From the human T2T-CHM13v2.0 reference genome, Homo sapiens: a DNA stretch of 64,000 bases. Below, in pieces: positions 14,369 to 27,062 of the stretch. The notes beneath the pieces are model-generated. The model saw nothing but the letters and a program-made list of their open reading frames with translations, was not told the DNA's origin and did not search any database. How positions within the stretch are numbered: position 1 is the stretch's first letter; each line of letters begins with the position of its first letter. Both the position numbers and the translations under genes were made by a program. The DNA is taken from NCBI RefSeq assembly GCF_009914755.1, contig NC_060941.1; one strand, written 5' to 3'.

Positions 14369-15402
14369 TGATGATAAAGCTGAGGCTTCGGGTGAAAAGT
14401 ACTCATCCACTTCCTAGCGAGTGAATACAGGGGCTGAGCCCAGAAACCATGCCAGCCAGGCCCCCAAACTTCTGCCCTCTTCCAGTGGCAGAGAAGTAGG
14501 TGGTTGGGAGCCCCCCGATCCCCCGGAGCTCTGCCAAACCAAGGTGGGGTCGGCCTGGGAGGGAGACTCAGCCTCCCCTTGGAGATGAGCCTGGTGTGAG
14601 CAGCCAGGCTGCCTCCCTGACCCGGCTGGGTAGAGGCCTTGCGGTGCATCTTTGAATAATGTTCTGGGGTTACCGGCTGCGCCCCACAGATGCCACAGCT
14701 GCCTCCCTACAGCCCTGTGCTCCAGCCCAGAAGAAAAAAAAAATGCGGTTTTCCGAAACAAGAGCCTGCTGAGGTCAGCGAAGCCCCTATCTGCCCATCC
14801 TTCTGTGTGTCCCTGGGTCTGCACGCTTGGCTGGGTTTTCTAAGGGAACGGAAGGCAGAGTGAGTGAGGGGCGCCGTCTTGTGGAGGAACCCTCTGTGGC
14901 CGATCAGCTTGTGTGACCTCTGTGGACTGACTGGGAGTTGTGACAAATATGGCCAGAAATGGGGCCTCTCCGACGGTGACCCGGGGTTATGTGGATTTAG
15001 GGTCAGTGAGGGACGTGGCCTCTCAGGAGGCGGTGCTGGGAAGATGGGGGAGAGGAGTCAGGACGAGGGAAGGGCCTGACCAAAGCAGGGTGGGGAGGGA
15101 GGCTCAGAGGAAGGTGAGCCACCTGGCTTTCAGGATGGCGAGGAGAGAAAGTCTGTCCTGACAGAGGCCCCCTAACAGCTGCCCTGGGCCAGGATGTTTG
15201 TGGGAGGGGAGATTGCACCGCGATGCCACCCTCACTCCCTGTGTCTGGAGGTGTGGGGCCAGGGGCTTCTGTGACAGGGGCCATGAATGCACCCAGCCAG
15301 GAGACCCAGGGGACAAGGGCATCTGCTGGCCCAGGCACCTGCAGGCCCTGGCAGCTCCATCCCCCGATTTCCCGTTCACACCCTTTGCTGTTCTCTACCC
15401 GG

Positions 15403-15477
15403 GACCTGAAGCCCATGGACCACAATGGGCTGGCAGACCCCTGTGTCAAGCTGCACCTGCGGCCAGGAGCCAGGAAG
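15403..15477 (+). pseudogene. DOC2B-like C2A exon remnant [25 protein letters not shown]
   Basis: Matches DOC2B [25 protein letters not shown]; acceptor is cgg (AG lost), donor gtgagg intact. Confidence 0.9.
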
Positions 15478-16841
15478 GTGAGGGAGTTTCACCCAGGCTT
15501 GCCCACCAGCTGTGCCCACCTATGGGGCCTGGACCAGTCCAGGGAAGCCCACAGCTGCCACTCCCCCTCAGAGCCCAAGCAAGCTGAGGAGACCTCAGCC
15601 ACTCACCTCCATGCAGAGCGCCCAGTCTGTCCCACACCCGGGATGCCTTCCAGCGTTACCTACCTGCTGATCGGGGGAAACCCCTGGAGAATTTCCAGGC
15701 TGGCATTTTATAAGAAGCATTCTCAGCTGGAGGTTACTATGATGTGCAAACAAAGACTGTGGTCAGATCACACTGGAAAACATTGTTAAACCAGTTTCTT
15801 TACTGTAGGACTTACCAGAGCCTTTAATGTGCTGATGGGCTGCTCCTCGACTCTCAGTAAGGGGGATGAAGTAGGCAGCATCTGCCCAATGTATTTGACC
15901 ACAGAATCCTCATTCCCATGAGAGATGGGCCAAGAGGCCAACCACAAATGCACTTAAGGCACCAGCACAACAGTGCATCTAGGAGAGGAGAGAAAAAAAT
16001 GCTATTAAATAAAAGCATCAAGGTGACCTTGAGCCATGAAAAATCAGAACTTCTTAGACTTCCTTCCTTCTGTGCATCCTACACTTCAGTGTTGCTTTAT
16101 TTTTAGTTTCACAGGGCAGAGTCTGAGTTGACTTGGGGACCTAAATGTGTATGCCTGGGGCCCACCGCAGTCCAGGAGGACCACCCCAGAAGGGAACATT
16201 GCGCCTTCTCTGGGGAAGGCAGGGCTGTAGGAGACACGGCAGTGCCCCACCACCTACTCCTGGGGAAGAAATGGCTCCCCGCACCAGGCCTGGGTGTCCT
16301 TATGCTGCAGGTGGAGCTCAGGGATGTGAGAGCCAAGAGTGAGTGTAACCAGGGAAGTGTGCCCAATGCGGGAGCTCAGTGACCCCTAACTCGTGGGACT
16401 GGAGCCGGCAGGGCCTGTTGTAGGAAGTCCCCGGGACTCTCCCCGGTGTTTTATAAAGAGCAGTCTCCTTGTAGACCAGCTCCTGAAAGCAGTGCGAGAG
16501 AGGGATTCCTGTGTCCTTTGCACGGTGGGGAACCTGACGCTGCCACAGAGCTGGAATTGAAACCCCGGGCTGCCTGACCTCCAAACCTAGGCCGGGGTGG
16601 CGGGCATCAGACTGAGTCAGACACGGAGCTCAGAGTCGCTGGCACAGGAGGAAGGAGTGGTGGCAATACTCCCGCTCAGAGAGGCCACTGCACGAGCATG
16701 CCTGAGGCCAGGATGGGTTCCAGGCAGAGGGGACAGTCCGCAAAGGCAGGGCATGCCCTGGGAAGGAGACTCCAGTTCCACACCAGGTGTCCTGCAGAAC
16801 CCACCCCAGGGCACCAGGGGCTGGAGCTGGGATCCTCCTTG

Positions 16842-17345
16842 GATGAGCCTCCTATGGCTGCTGCAGCAAATGACCACAAACTTAGAGGCTTAGAGCAACA
16901 CACTTACTATCTCACCGCTCTGCAGGTTAGAAGTCTGACAGTGGTCTCCCTGGGCTAATGTCAAGGTGTCGGCAGGGCTGCGTTTCTTCTGGAGCCTGGG
17001 GATTCCACCCATTTCCTGGCTCTTTCCAGCTTCTAGAGGCCGCCCGCCCTCCTTGGCTGGTGGCCCATTCCTCCACCTTCACAGCCGGCCTGGTTGCATC
17101 TCCCTGGCCTTCTTCCTTGGTGACATCTCACTCTTCTCTTCTCTGTCCTTTCTTCTGCTTTTAAGAACCCTGTGACCACATTGGGCCACCCAGACAGTCT
17201 AGGATAATCTCCCTAATTAGTCAGCTAATTAACAACCTTAACCCCATCTGCAGCCTCAGTTCCCCATGGCCACGTCAATAACATATTCACAGCTTCGGAG
17301 ATTAGGACGTGGCCATCTCTGGGGGCCATCGTTCTGTCTACCACA
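16842..17345 (-). mobile_element. MLT1C/D-type MaLR LTR
   Basis: CAAATGACCACAAACTTAG...CAAGGTGTCGGCAGGGCTG...TTCCAGCTTCTAGAGGC...CATATTCACAG...GTTCTGTCTACCACA. Confidence 0.8.
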
Positions 17346-17384
17346 CCCTTTGGTGCTAATAAGATCATTTTTTCCTTTCTCCAG

Positions 17385-17483
17385 GCAAATAAGCTTAGAA
17401 CAAAAGCTCTCCGTAACACTCTGAACCACGTGAACAAAACCCTCACTTACTACAGGATCACTCGTGATCCACAAGACCCTGCA
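17385..17483 (+). pseudogene. DOC2B-like C2A exon remnant ANKLRTKALRNTLN-VNKTLTYYRIT--VIHKTL
   Basis: Matches DOC2B [37 protein letters not shown] with small deletions; intact acceptor ttcctttctccag. Confidence 0.9.
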
Positions 17484-18231
17484 GTGGGTGAGGGCCCTCG
17501 GCTGCCTGCTCCCTCCCCAACCCCCACCCAGAGAAACCGATGCGGGTGCAGGGTCAAGTTCAGACCTCAGACCCAAGTCTCCCACTTTGGTCCCTTTCTC
17601 CCCTCCTGAGGGACCTGGAGGACGGAGTCTGCCCCTCCTCCTTCCCGGCATAAGCATCAGGTCAGCTGCAGTGGAGAAAGTGGTCCCTTGTGCTTGGAAA
17701 GAAAAGCAAGCATTCCTCCTGGTTCTCACTCTGCCCTTCCCCTTCCCTTCCACTACCTGGTTCACGCTGAGTACTCGGGGCCTCCAGGTGGTTGCTCATG
17801 GCATCCTGGCCCTACCACCACCACAGATGTCCCTTTCGGGAGGACTTGGGGGCAGTCCAGGGCCTTGTCTCTGGGGAGGCCTGTGGGGCTGGCTCTACAC
17901 TGTGACCACAACTTTGTAGATTCCCCACGATGTAGATTGGATTGTGCACATGTGCACACACACACATTTGGAGCACGTGTAAGCACACACTTAAGAGTGT
18001 ATACCCATACATACGTACACATATCATGAAAAAATCTATAATGAAACATATCAAAATAACTGTGATTATCTCCATGTGGCAGGAGAATAGGTCATTTTTT
18101 CTTACATGTGTGTCTTGTTTTGTTTTTTCCAAATGTTCCACAATGGAGATTCATTACTTTTATGATATGGAAAAACAACAAATGTTATTTAGAAACCGAA
18201 TCCATAATAGCTGTAATATTACAATAATTTA

Positions 18232-18362
18232 GTCTGGGCACAGTGCCTCACACCTGTCATCCCAGCAATTTGGGAGGCTAAAGCAGGAGGATGGCTTGAG
18301 ACCAGGAGTTTGAGACAAGCCTGGGCAACATAGCGAGTCCCCCATCTCTACAAAAAAAAAAA
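18232..18362 (+). mobile_element. FLAM / AluJ left monomer
   Basis: GTCTGGGCACAGTGCCTCACACCTGT...CATCTCTACAAAAAAA. Confidence 0.85.
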
Positions 18363-18617
18363 TCAGATTAAAAATTAAAATAAATAAAATAATTTAAACA
18401 CTTTGATAAAAGAGAGTGAAAACAAATTTGGGGAGTAGACTACATGAAGGCTGGGAATCCACCGGGCTGAGTGGCCTTTTTCTTAACATCCCAAAATGGA
18501 ACAACCAAACACGGCTTTAGAAACTCTTCCAGCACCTGCCAGCATGTGTGGCCTATACTTCTCTGGAGAGGAAACCCGCTGTCCCAGTTTGGAAAAGAAT
18601 CTAGTATGAGACTGTAT

Positions 18618-18951
<334 letters not shown>

Positions 18952-19104
18952 TAACTATTGTTAAGTTTAGCATGTCATCATTTCAGAATACACTGCTTCT
19001 CAAAAGAATGAAGGCTACAACAGCCTGAGTCTCTGTTTTTCACGAATTCCCCAGATGATTCTGAAACACACCAGCTCGAGACCCTCCACTGTTGCATGTT
19101 TGAA

Positions 19105-19280
19105 AGTAGTGGTTCTCAAACTTGTCTGCAACTAGAATCACTTGTGCAGCTTTTAAAACTCTCAGTGGCAAGACCGTACTCCAGACCACAAAACTCAGGG
19201 GTGGGGTGAAGGGGGCTGTTCATCAGTAGTGTAAATGTCCCCAGGTGATTTTAATGAGCAGCCAGGTTTGAGAACCAGCG
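19105..19280. mobile_element. MER5A (hAT-Charlie)
   Basis: AGTGGTTCTCAAACTT...AGAATCAC...CCCAGGTGATT...GGTTTGAGAACCA termini. Confidence 0.75.
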
Positions 19281-19849
19281 TCCTAATGGGAGCAACCTCA
19301 TATCCAGGTGTTGTGCCTCCTGAGCCTGGGAAACAACTCTGGCAAAAACCTTGCGTCTGAATAACTTTGTGTTCTCTGTCTCCATCTGGTGGTCATTCCG
19401 CTACATTGCTATTATTTACCTGTGCAACTTGGGCTCTTGTACTTTTAAGAAAGTTTGCCAAAAGAATCAAAAAAACCAAAAAGACTTGAAATTTCAAGAA
19501 ATAGAAATGGCTACGAAATATGCCATTATAAAGAACAGAATGATCTAAGAGTTATAAATGCATTTGAATAATGCATCTCAATCTTTGGCAGTACTTGGCA
19601 AATTAAAAAGCAGTCAATAAGTGCTACTTATTCCCATTATAATTAAACATAAGTTAGACCCCATCTTTTGGGTACCAGTGATTCATTTTGAATGAATGGC
19701 TTTAATTCAACAAAAAAACATATTTAGTCTTATTATACCTGGCATACTGTTGGCAGTGGTGAACAGACACAGCCTGCATGGTGAGAAACATTGTGTGCGT
19801 GCATGTGTGTATGTGTGAGAGATCGAGAGAGAGAGAGAGAGAGTGAGAG

Positions 19850-21626
19850 AGAGATTATTATTTTAATAAAAAGACTGTTTGTGAGTATACCGCTCCATGA
19901 GTTTTGTAACCCCACCCCAATCAGGATTCCAAACAGTGAGAGATTATCATTTTAATAAAAAGGCTATTTGGGGGTATACTGCCCTATGAGTTTTGTTGCC
20001 CCACCCCAATCAAGGTTCCGAACAGTTTGATCACTCCCACAAATCTGCTTCATGCTCCCTGTCGTGGCATCCTTGCCTCACCCCAATCCCTGGCCACCAA
20101 CCGATGTTTTTTGTCCCTGTAGCTTTGCCTTTTCCATAATGTCATGTGTTCATACAATATGTAACCTTTTGAGAGTGGCTTCTTTAACTTACCAAAACTT
20201 CCTTCCTTCTGCTTGTTTTAGGTTTATTTTGCCCTTTTTTTTCTTTAGTTTATTAAAGCTGAGGTTTAGATTGTTGACTCGAGCCTTCCTTCTTTTCTAA
20301 AATAAGCATCAAATGCTATAAATTTCCATCTGAGCTCTTCTTTAGCTGCATCTACACATTTTGATTTATTGTATTTTTGTTTTTGTTCAGTTTTAAGTAT
20401 TTTCTAATATCCTCATTTCCTTTGAGACTACCTCCTTTGACCCATGGATTACTTAGAAGTATATTATTTAATTTCCAACTATTTAGAGATTTTTGTCAGT
20501 TATCGATCTCTGGTTTAATTCCATTATGCTCAGAGACCTTGCTTTGTATTATTTCTGTTCTTTTAAATTTGTTAAGGTTTGTTTTATGGGCTTGGAGTGG
20601 TGGCTCATGCCTGTAATCCCAGCACTTTTGGGAGGCCAAGGCGGATGGATCATTTAAGGTCAGGAGTTCGAGACCAGCCTGGGGAACATGGCGAAACCCC
20701 ATCTCTACCAAAAATACAAAAATTACTCAGGTGTGGTGGCACAAGCGTGTGGTCCCAGCTACTCGGGAGGCTGAAGTGGGAGGATCGTTTGAGCCCGTGA
20801 AGTTGGGCTGCAGTGAGCTGAGATTGCTCTACTGTACTCCAGCCTGAGCAGCAGAGCAAGACCTTGTCTAAAAAAGAAAAAAAATTGTTGTTTTATGATC
20901 CAGAATGTGATCTATTTGTTCTAGGGATTACTGAGAAAGGCAGGTTGGGGTGTCCAACTGTAATTGCTGATTTGCCATTTCTCTTTTCAGTTCTGTCAGG
21001 TTTTGCCTCATGGATTTTGAAGCTCTGTTGTTAGGTACATAGATGCTTAGGATTGTTAATGTTTTCTTTGAAAATTGACCTTGTTATCATTATGTAATGT
21101 CCCTCTGTATCCTTGGTAAATTTCCTTGCTCTGAAGTCTGTTTTGTCTGATGGTATGTAATTACTCCAGATTTCTTTTGATTAGTATTTGTATGATATAT
21201 CTTTCTTTTTTGTCCTTTCATTTTTAATCTATACTATTTACTTAAAATGAGTTTCTTAGACACATATAGTTGAGTGTTGGGTTTTTTGTTTGTTAGTTTT
21301 TTACATTCAACAATCTATCTTTTTATTAGCATATTTCAACTTTTTAAATTTAATATAATCGTTGGTATGTTTGGATTTACATTTAATATTTTATTGTGTT
21401 TTCTATTTGTTCTCTATTTTTCCCTGTGTTTTTCATTCCTGTTTTGACTTTTCCTGCCTTCCTTTGGATTATTTGAATTTTTTGGAATTCCATTTTAATT
21501 CACTGATTTTTTTAACCATATCTTTTTGTGTAAGTTGAAAATGTAGTTGCTTTAGGGATTACAAAACACCTAGGTTTTCATAGTCTATTTAGGTTATATA
21601 TTTAGTGCTTCACGTGAAATGTAGAA
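19850..21626 (-). mobile_element. Old L1M LINE-1 fragments (interrupted by an Alu)
   Basis: T-rich antisense L1 motifs (AATGCTATAAATTTCC, TTTAATTTCCAA, GTCCAACTGTAATTG, TTGAAGCTCTGTTGTTAGG). Confidence 0.7.
20589..20883 (+). mobile_element. AluJb-like element
   Basis: Full dimer with GGAGGATCGTTTGAGCCC and GGGCTGCAGTG; flanking TTGTTTTATG repeat is a probable TSD. Confidence 0.9.
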
Positions 21627-21756
21627 ACCAGCCTGACCAACATGGAGAAACCCGGTCGCTACTAAAAATACAAAATTAGCCGGGTGTGGTGGCACGCACC
21701 TGTAATCCCAGCTACTCGGGAGGCTGAGGTGGGAAGATTCCCTTGAGCCCAGGAGT
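21627..21756 (+). mobile_element. Internal Alu fragment truncated at both ends
   Basis: ACCAGCCTGACCAACATGGAGAAACC...TTGAGCCCAGGAGT. Confidence 0.85.
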
Positions 21757-22954
21757 GTCTTCAGGAAATTAAGGTTCTCTCTGTTCTCTACAGGTCAAGT
21801 AGTTATGGACGGTATCCTGAACATTCTAATTTTGTGTTATGAGAATCTGGGCCATGTTGGAATCCTGTGTTTTTGCTTTGGCAGGCAATCGTCCTGGTTA
21901 GGTTCAGTCACAAGTTCCCACCTGCCTCCTGCGGGTTGTGGTTCAATATCAATTAAGCTTCAGAGCCTTTGCCGCGCTGTTCAGATCCGCCCCGTGTGTG
22001 CGCCACCCAGTGGCGGGTACGAGACTGGACAGTGCCTTGTCCCACCGTTCAGTTCTCAAAGCCTTTGTTCAGATCCACACATGGAATGCCTGGGCATGAG
22101 CCCAGGAGTTCACATACAACTTTAGGGTATTGCCTTCTTGCGTTCCCTCCTCTCTGAAATCTCAACACTTTACAGTCTCAGGGGTCCCTCTTTCCGGTCC
22201 TCTGGCTAGAAAGTCAGGGTTTTAACTGTACTGCTCTGCCCTACAGTTTCTGTGACTGTCTGCCTCCACGGCCAAGCATGGAAGGTTGTGTAAAGAGAAA
22301 AAAGCCATGGGCATGACTCCCTTGCTGTTGGGACCATTCTTCCTCTGGCAGAGAGATGAGTTTCCTTCCCTTGAAGTTCTAGGCACCTGCCTGGCTGCCA
22401 CTGCTGCAGTGAGATTGCCTAGGGGCTGGTGTGGGGAGAAAAGAGACAGCAAACACAGGATTTCCCCGCTTTTGCTGACCTATAGGGGTGCTTACCTCTC
22501 TCCTAAGGTCAGAAACAGAGGCTCAGAGCTCTTTCTATCTGCATCTGGTATGCAATTCCAGGTTTTGGTTCATCTTTGAGTCCAGGCCAGGAGACCCCAG
22601 AGGGGGAATAAAATGGCAGACTTACTGCCACTTTGGTGGTGTTTAGAGTTCTCTTTTCCTTCCCTGATCTTCCTGCTACCACCTTGTTTTCAGAGCTAGC
22701 TGCTCCATGCCTGTGGTCCAGGATTCATAGTAACATTCAGTGGGAAAGACAGGACGGAGTATGACTGGAATGAGAATGGGAGAAGAATTTTTATTTAAAA
22801 AACAAAAGCATGGATTTTTAAAGGTTGAAAAATGCACACTAATTGGGGGAGAAATTTCTCTTTCCCTCCACAGTGTGGTAGCTGTAAGCCTGATTCCTGG
22901 CTTGAATTTTTTTATTCACTTTTCCAGATGACCTTTAGAATCATTTTGTCCTTA

Positions 22955-23113
22955 AATTAGCCAGGTGTGGTGGCACACACCTGTAATCCCAGCTACTTGG
23001 GAGGCTGAGGCACAAGAATTGCTTGAACCCATGAGCAGAAGTTGCAGTGAGCCAAGATAATATGACTGCACTCCAGCCTGGGTGACAGAGTGAGATTCTG
23101 TCTCGAAAAAAAA
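22955..23113 (+). mobile_element. Alu right arm (5'-truncated AluS-like)
   Basis: AAATTAGCCAGGTGTGGTGGC...CTGTCTCGAAAAAAAA; ATCATTTTGTCCTT on both sides is a probable TSD. Confidence 0.85.
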
Positions 23114-25199
23114 CATCATTTTGTCCTTTAAAAAATTCTAATTTTGATGGGAATTTTATGAAATGTATAGATTTGGAGGAAAGTAGCCTTTTAATAGATT
23201 GAGTCCTTCAGTCTAGTAATGATATATCTTCTCATTTAAAAAAATCTTCTTTTATGACCACTGGTAAAAGTTTTTATTTTTTTTCCTCAGAATCCTTGCA
23301 TAAGCTTGGTTAAATTTATTCTCAGGTATTTTTATTATTAAAATTTTTATTAAAAATCAAATTGGTTATTGCTGATATATAGAAGAGCTACTGATTTGGC
23401 ATGTTTACTTTGTAACCAGCTGCCTTACAGAACTTTTATTGGTTTTTTTACTTTCTGAATATTGGTTTAATTACTTTCTGAATTTTGGTTTTATTACTTT
23501 CTTGGTTTTCTGCACACAAGGATTTGTGAATCCAATCACTCAGACTGGTTTTCTGCAAATAATGATAATTTGGAACCTCTTTTTGAAAAAAAACTTTGAA
23601 AATTTTGATTTTTGGTTTATTGAATCACATTGGCCATTAAAATTTCTTGTACAGTATTAGGTAATATTGGTGATATCATTCTTGCTTGTCTTGGTTCTGA
23701 GTTTTAGGGAAGTCCCTATTAAGATAGGTATATTTCATTATGCTAATGAATTATCTTTTTGAATTCTTTTTTAAAAATAATTTTGATCAGAAAAGGATAC
23801 TGCATTTCGTCACTCTTCCAGCATCCATAAAGATGACCATTTGTATTTTCTTATTTGACCCACTAATGTGATTGCATTTTATTAATAGGACTTTCCTGCA
23901 TTCCTACAGCAAATCCTGGTTGGTCATGGTGGAGACTGTAAAGCAATCATTCTCAAGGAGGGGCTTTTTCACGCAGTATGCCTGGAGAGAGGCTGCACCA
24001 CCACCGCGTTCCTCCCCGATGAGTCCAGTGAGCCACGGCTGCGGGCTACGGTGTTGTGGTGCTCGGGTGTGTTGGAAGGAAATGGTAATTGAATGAGTGC
24101 TCATTTTCCAAGACTTTGGCCCCACCCCTAATATAATGTCCATGTTCCTGGAGCTGAGGATGCCTTCAGCCTAGGCTTGAGGACTCAAGGTGTGTACTAG
24201 AACCAGACAGACATTCTCCAATATCCCACTCTAGGGATCTTACTCCAATGAGAAGCAGAGAAATGCTAGCCCCGGGAGAAGACCTAGGAAAAGTGTAACA
24301 AGAGGCACCATCTGTCACTGAGCCCCTCTCTCTATGCCAGGCTCCGAGCCAGGTGCTTTACATTATGGGAGCTACTCCTGAACAACTGTGTGAGATACTG
24401 GTATCCCTTTACAGATAAGTGGTCAAGTGACTGCCCAAGGGTGTAGTCATTAAGTAGAGGAGTTGCCCTTTAAAACCAGGAGTAATTCCTGAGCGTGTGC
24501 AAGCTGGAGATGTGATTCCTGAAGACTGGCTCGCAGAGATGGGTCATGAGGCAGAACCAAGACCTACTCCCCTACTTCCCTGTTCAGTTTGTGTGGCCTC
24601 TCCCACTTCTAGTCCCTTCTCTTTCCTGGGAGGGACCCATGGGGGCTAGACAGAGGGCTGTTCCTAGTAGGATAGAGAGGTCCTGCAGCAGCGCCTCTTC
24701 CTCACTGCTTATCTTTCTGATCCAGGTTCCCGAGGCATGCCAGCTAGCACCTGACCTACAAGATTCCAGCTGTTTAACTGCCATCACAAAGGCTCATGAT
24801 GTGTTGACAGTATTTCTGCCTGCTGCTCTGAAAATTCAAGGAAATAAATACCTGACATTTATTGAATGCCAGAAGCTGTTCTAAGAACTTTCTATGTATT
24901 ATCTATTTTAGTCATTATAATATCCTTATGAAATAGGCACTTTTATCCCCATTTTACAGATGAATAAAATAAGGCACAGAAGGGTTAAGCAACTTTCACA
25001 GGTAGAAAGCTGCACAGCCAGGATTTAAGCCCAAGCTCTTAACCACTGCACTACATCAATGCAGCAAAGGCTGAATGAACCAGAGTATTTGATTTACTTA
25101 GCTCTTATGCTGGAAAGATGGTGAGGCTTTTGCTCATGGTCTGTATTCAAGCACAAATACCAAAATCAAGGACACCTTTGCATTGGTGCTCCATAGGAG

Positions 25200-25497
25200 G
25201 TTTCCTTTTTTGTTGTTTAGAGAGAAGGTCTTACTCTGTTGCCCTGGCTGGAGTGCAGTGGTGCGATCACAGCTCACTGCAGCCTTGACCTCCAGAGCTC
25301 AAGCAATCCTCCACCTCAGCCTCCTGAGTAGCTGGGACTATAGGTGCGCACTTCCACACCCAGCTAATTTTTAATTTTTTTTTTTTTGTAGAGACCGTCT
25401 CCCTATATTGCCCAGGTTGGTCTAGAATTCCTAGGGCTCAAGTGATCCTCCCGCCTTGGCCTATTGGGATTACAGATATGAGCCATGGCACCCAACC
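25200..25497 (-). mobile_element. AluJ
   Basis: Antisense dimer with CGATCACAGCTCACTGCAGCCTTGACC. Confidence 0.85.
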
Positions 25498-26043
25498 TCA
25501 GAAGAGGCGCTTTTCTTGAGTTCTGGAAGGGGATAGGAATTAATGTTTTGTTTGTTTGTTTGTTTTTTACTCGTCACAGAAAAGGTTCAAAGAGTAAGAT
25601 AAGCAACGTCTCATAATGCTGTAGTCTAATGGACAAGGGCCCTAGCCATCTGTGCCTGGATGACTCTTCCTCCCAATTTTTAAGTGTCAAAAGATAATTT
25701 AGAATCTGGCATTCTGCATTAGAAATCTGAACCAGTGGAGCTGTGTGCTGATTTTCATCAGCTTAAGTTGTCTTTATTGTCAGTGGCTTCCTTTCCCCAC
25801 AGCAGCTTTATGGAGGCACGTGCCCAGGCATATGAGGAGCTTCTGTCCTTTAGTGTATGTACACCCACAATGCTGCAGAGAAGAGAATCAGCATACTGTT
25901 GGGACACAGCAGGTACCACTGCCTTCTGAAGTTTCTAGAGGTGCTATGCCTTCATTGTTTTCCTGCACATGAACATTAACATCCACATCAGGATCTGGAA
26001 ACCTTTACAGAAGCTGAAGTTTTAAAAAGAAAATGAATGGGAT

Positions 26044-26049
26044 TTTATT
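26044..26049 (-). terminator. Candidate distal HEATR6 poly(A) signal (AATAAA)
   Basis: TTTATT on the plus strand; another at 25773-25778; usage not shown. Confidence 0.35.
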
Positions 26050-27062
26050 CAAGATAAGGAAAGGATAAGAGTGAATCATCAAATGAAACCATGAGGCCAC
26101 TTCACAAATATTTTATCAAAAAACTCACCTGAGAAAACTCAAAGAATCACAGTAATAAGCTGTCTATGCCATATTTTTTTTTTCCTTTTTTGAAAATGCC
26201 AAGAAGCTACTACTAAGAATGTATTCAAGAGACGGAAGTTCCAAGATTCATCACAGGGTCAGGTGGGCTCAACTTAGTTTCCTGGGCCCTCTATAACACT
26301 TCATGTTCAGAATTGTCTCCAAATAAAAGCAATTTAAGGGAACATTCAATATGGGTGTCTTTGCTGTGCTTGCAGTCTTAATTCTGTGGACACTGATATT
26401 CTATCAATGGAAAATTGAGCCTTTAGTGAACTTGAATACCCTGTTCCCCAATCACTGCCCAGAGAGCAGTTTCTGAGCAGCCAACATGTCAGAGGCAGGA
26501 AAACAGCAGCTAAAAGGCAAAGGAGAAAAATGGAAGACACCTGCCTTTACACGTGTATTTTAAGCTAAATAACCATGATAAAATATCACCAACACCCATT
26601 TTTTGTAACTTCTTAATTGTCCCACATCAAAGATAAGTATGGACAACTGTAATTGGTTCTTATATATCCCTAAATTCCTAATTGAAATCAATTCCAATAA
26701 ATCGTTGGTGCTCAGTAGAAAAATGCAAAATTTAAATATATATATTCAGTAGAAGTTACCTTCATAACTTGTGGGGCATTATCAAAATATAATTGGAAAC
26801 CCCTCTTTGTAACCAACTAACCAAATGATCTTTTCTTAAAGGCACAAATTAAAAGGTGGCAAAACAACCATATATTTAGTGTGTGGGATCACATTCTCCT
26901 AAAGAGCATCAGGAAATGTAGGTAGAAGTCAATGTTGTAGCCTAGGTTAGAAGGCCCTGCTTGCTGGGAGTTAACTCTGGTTATTGGATTGTGGGGAGGT
27001 GTGGCAGGGAAGGTGGTCAGGGGAACACGGGCACTCCAGAAGCTCGGAGCAGCAGCTCATCA

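Noticed and set aside
15171-15190. cag|CTGCCCTGGGC as a DOC2B exon 2 start remnant
   Set aside because: Only ~11 nt of similarity with no continuation; cannot be distinguished from chance.
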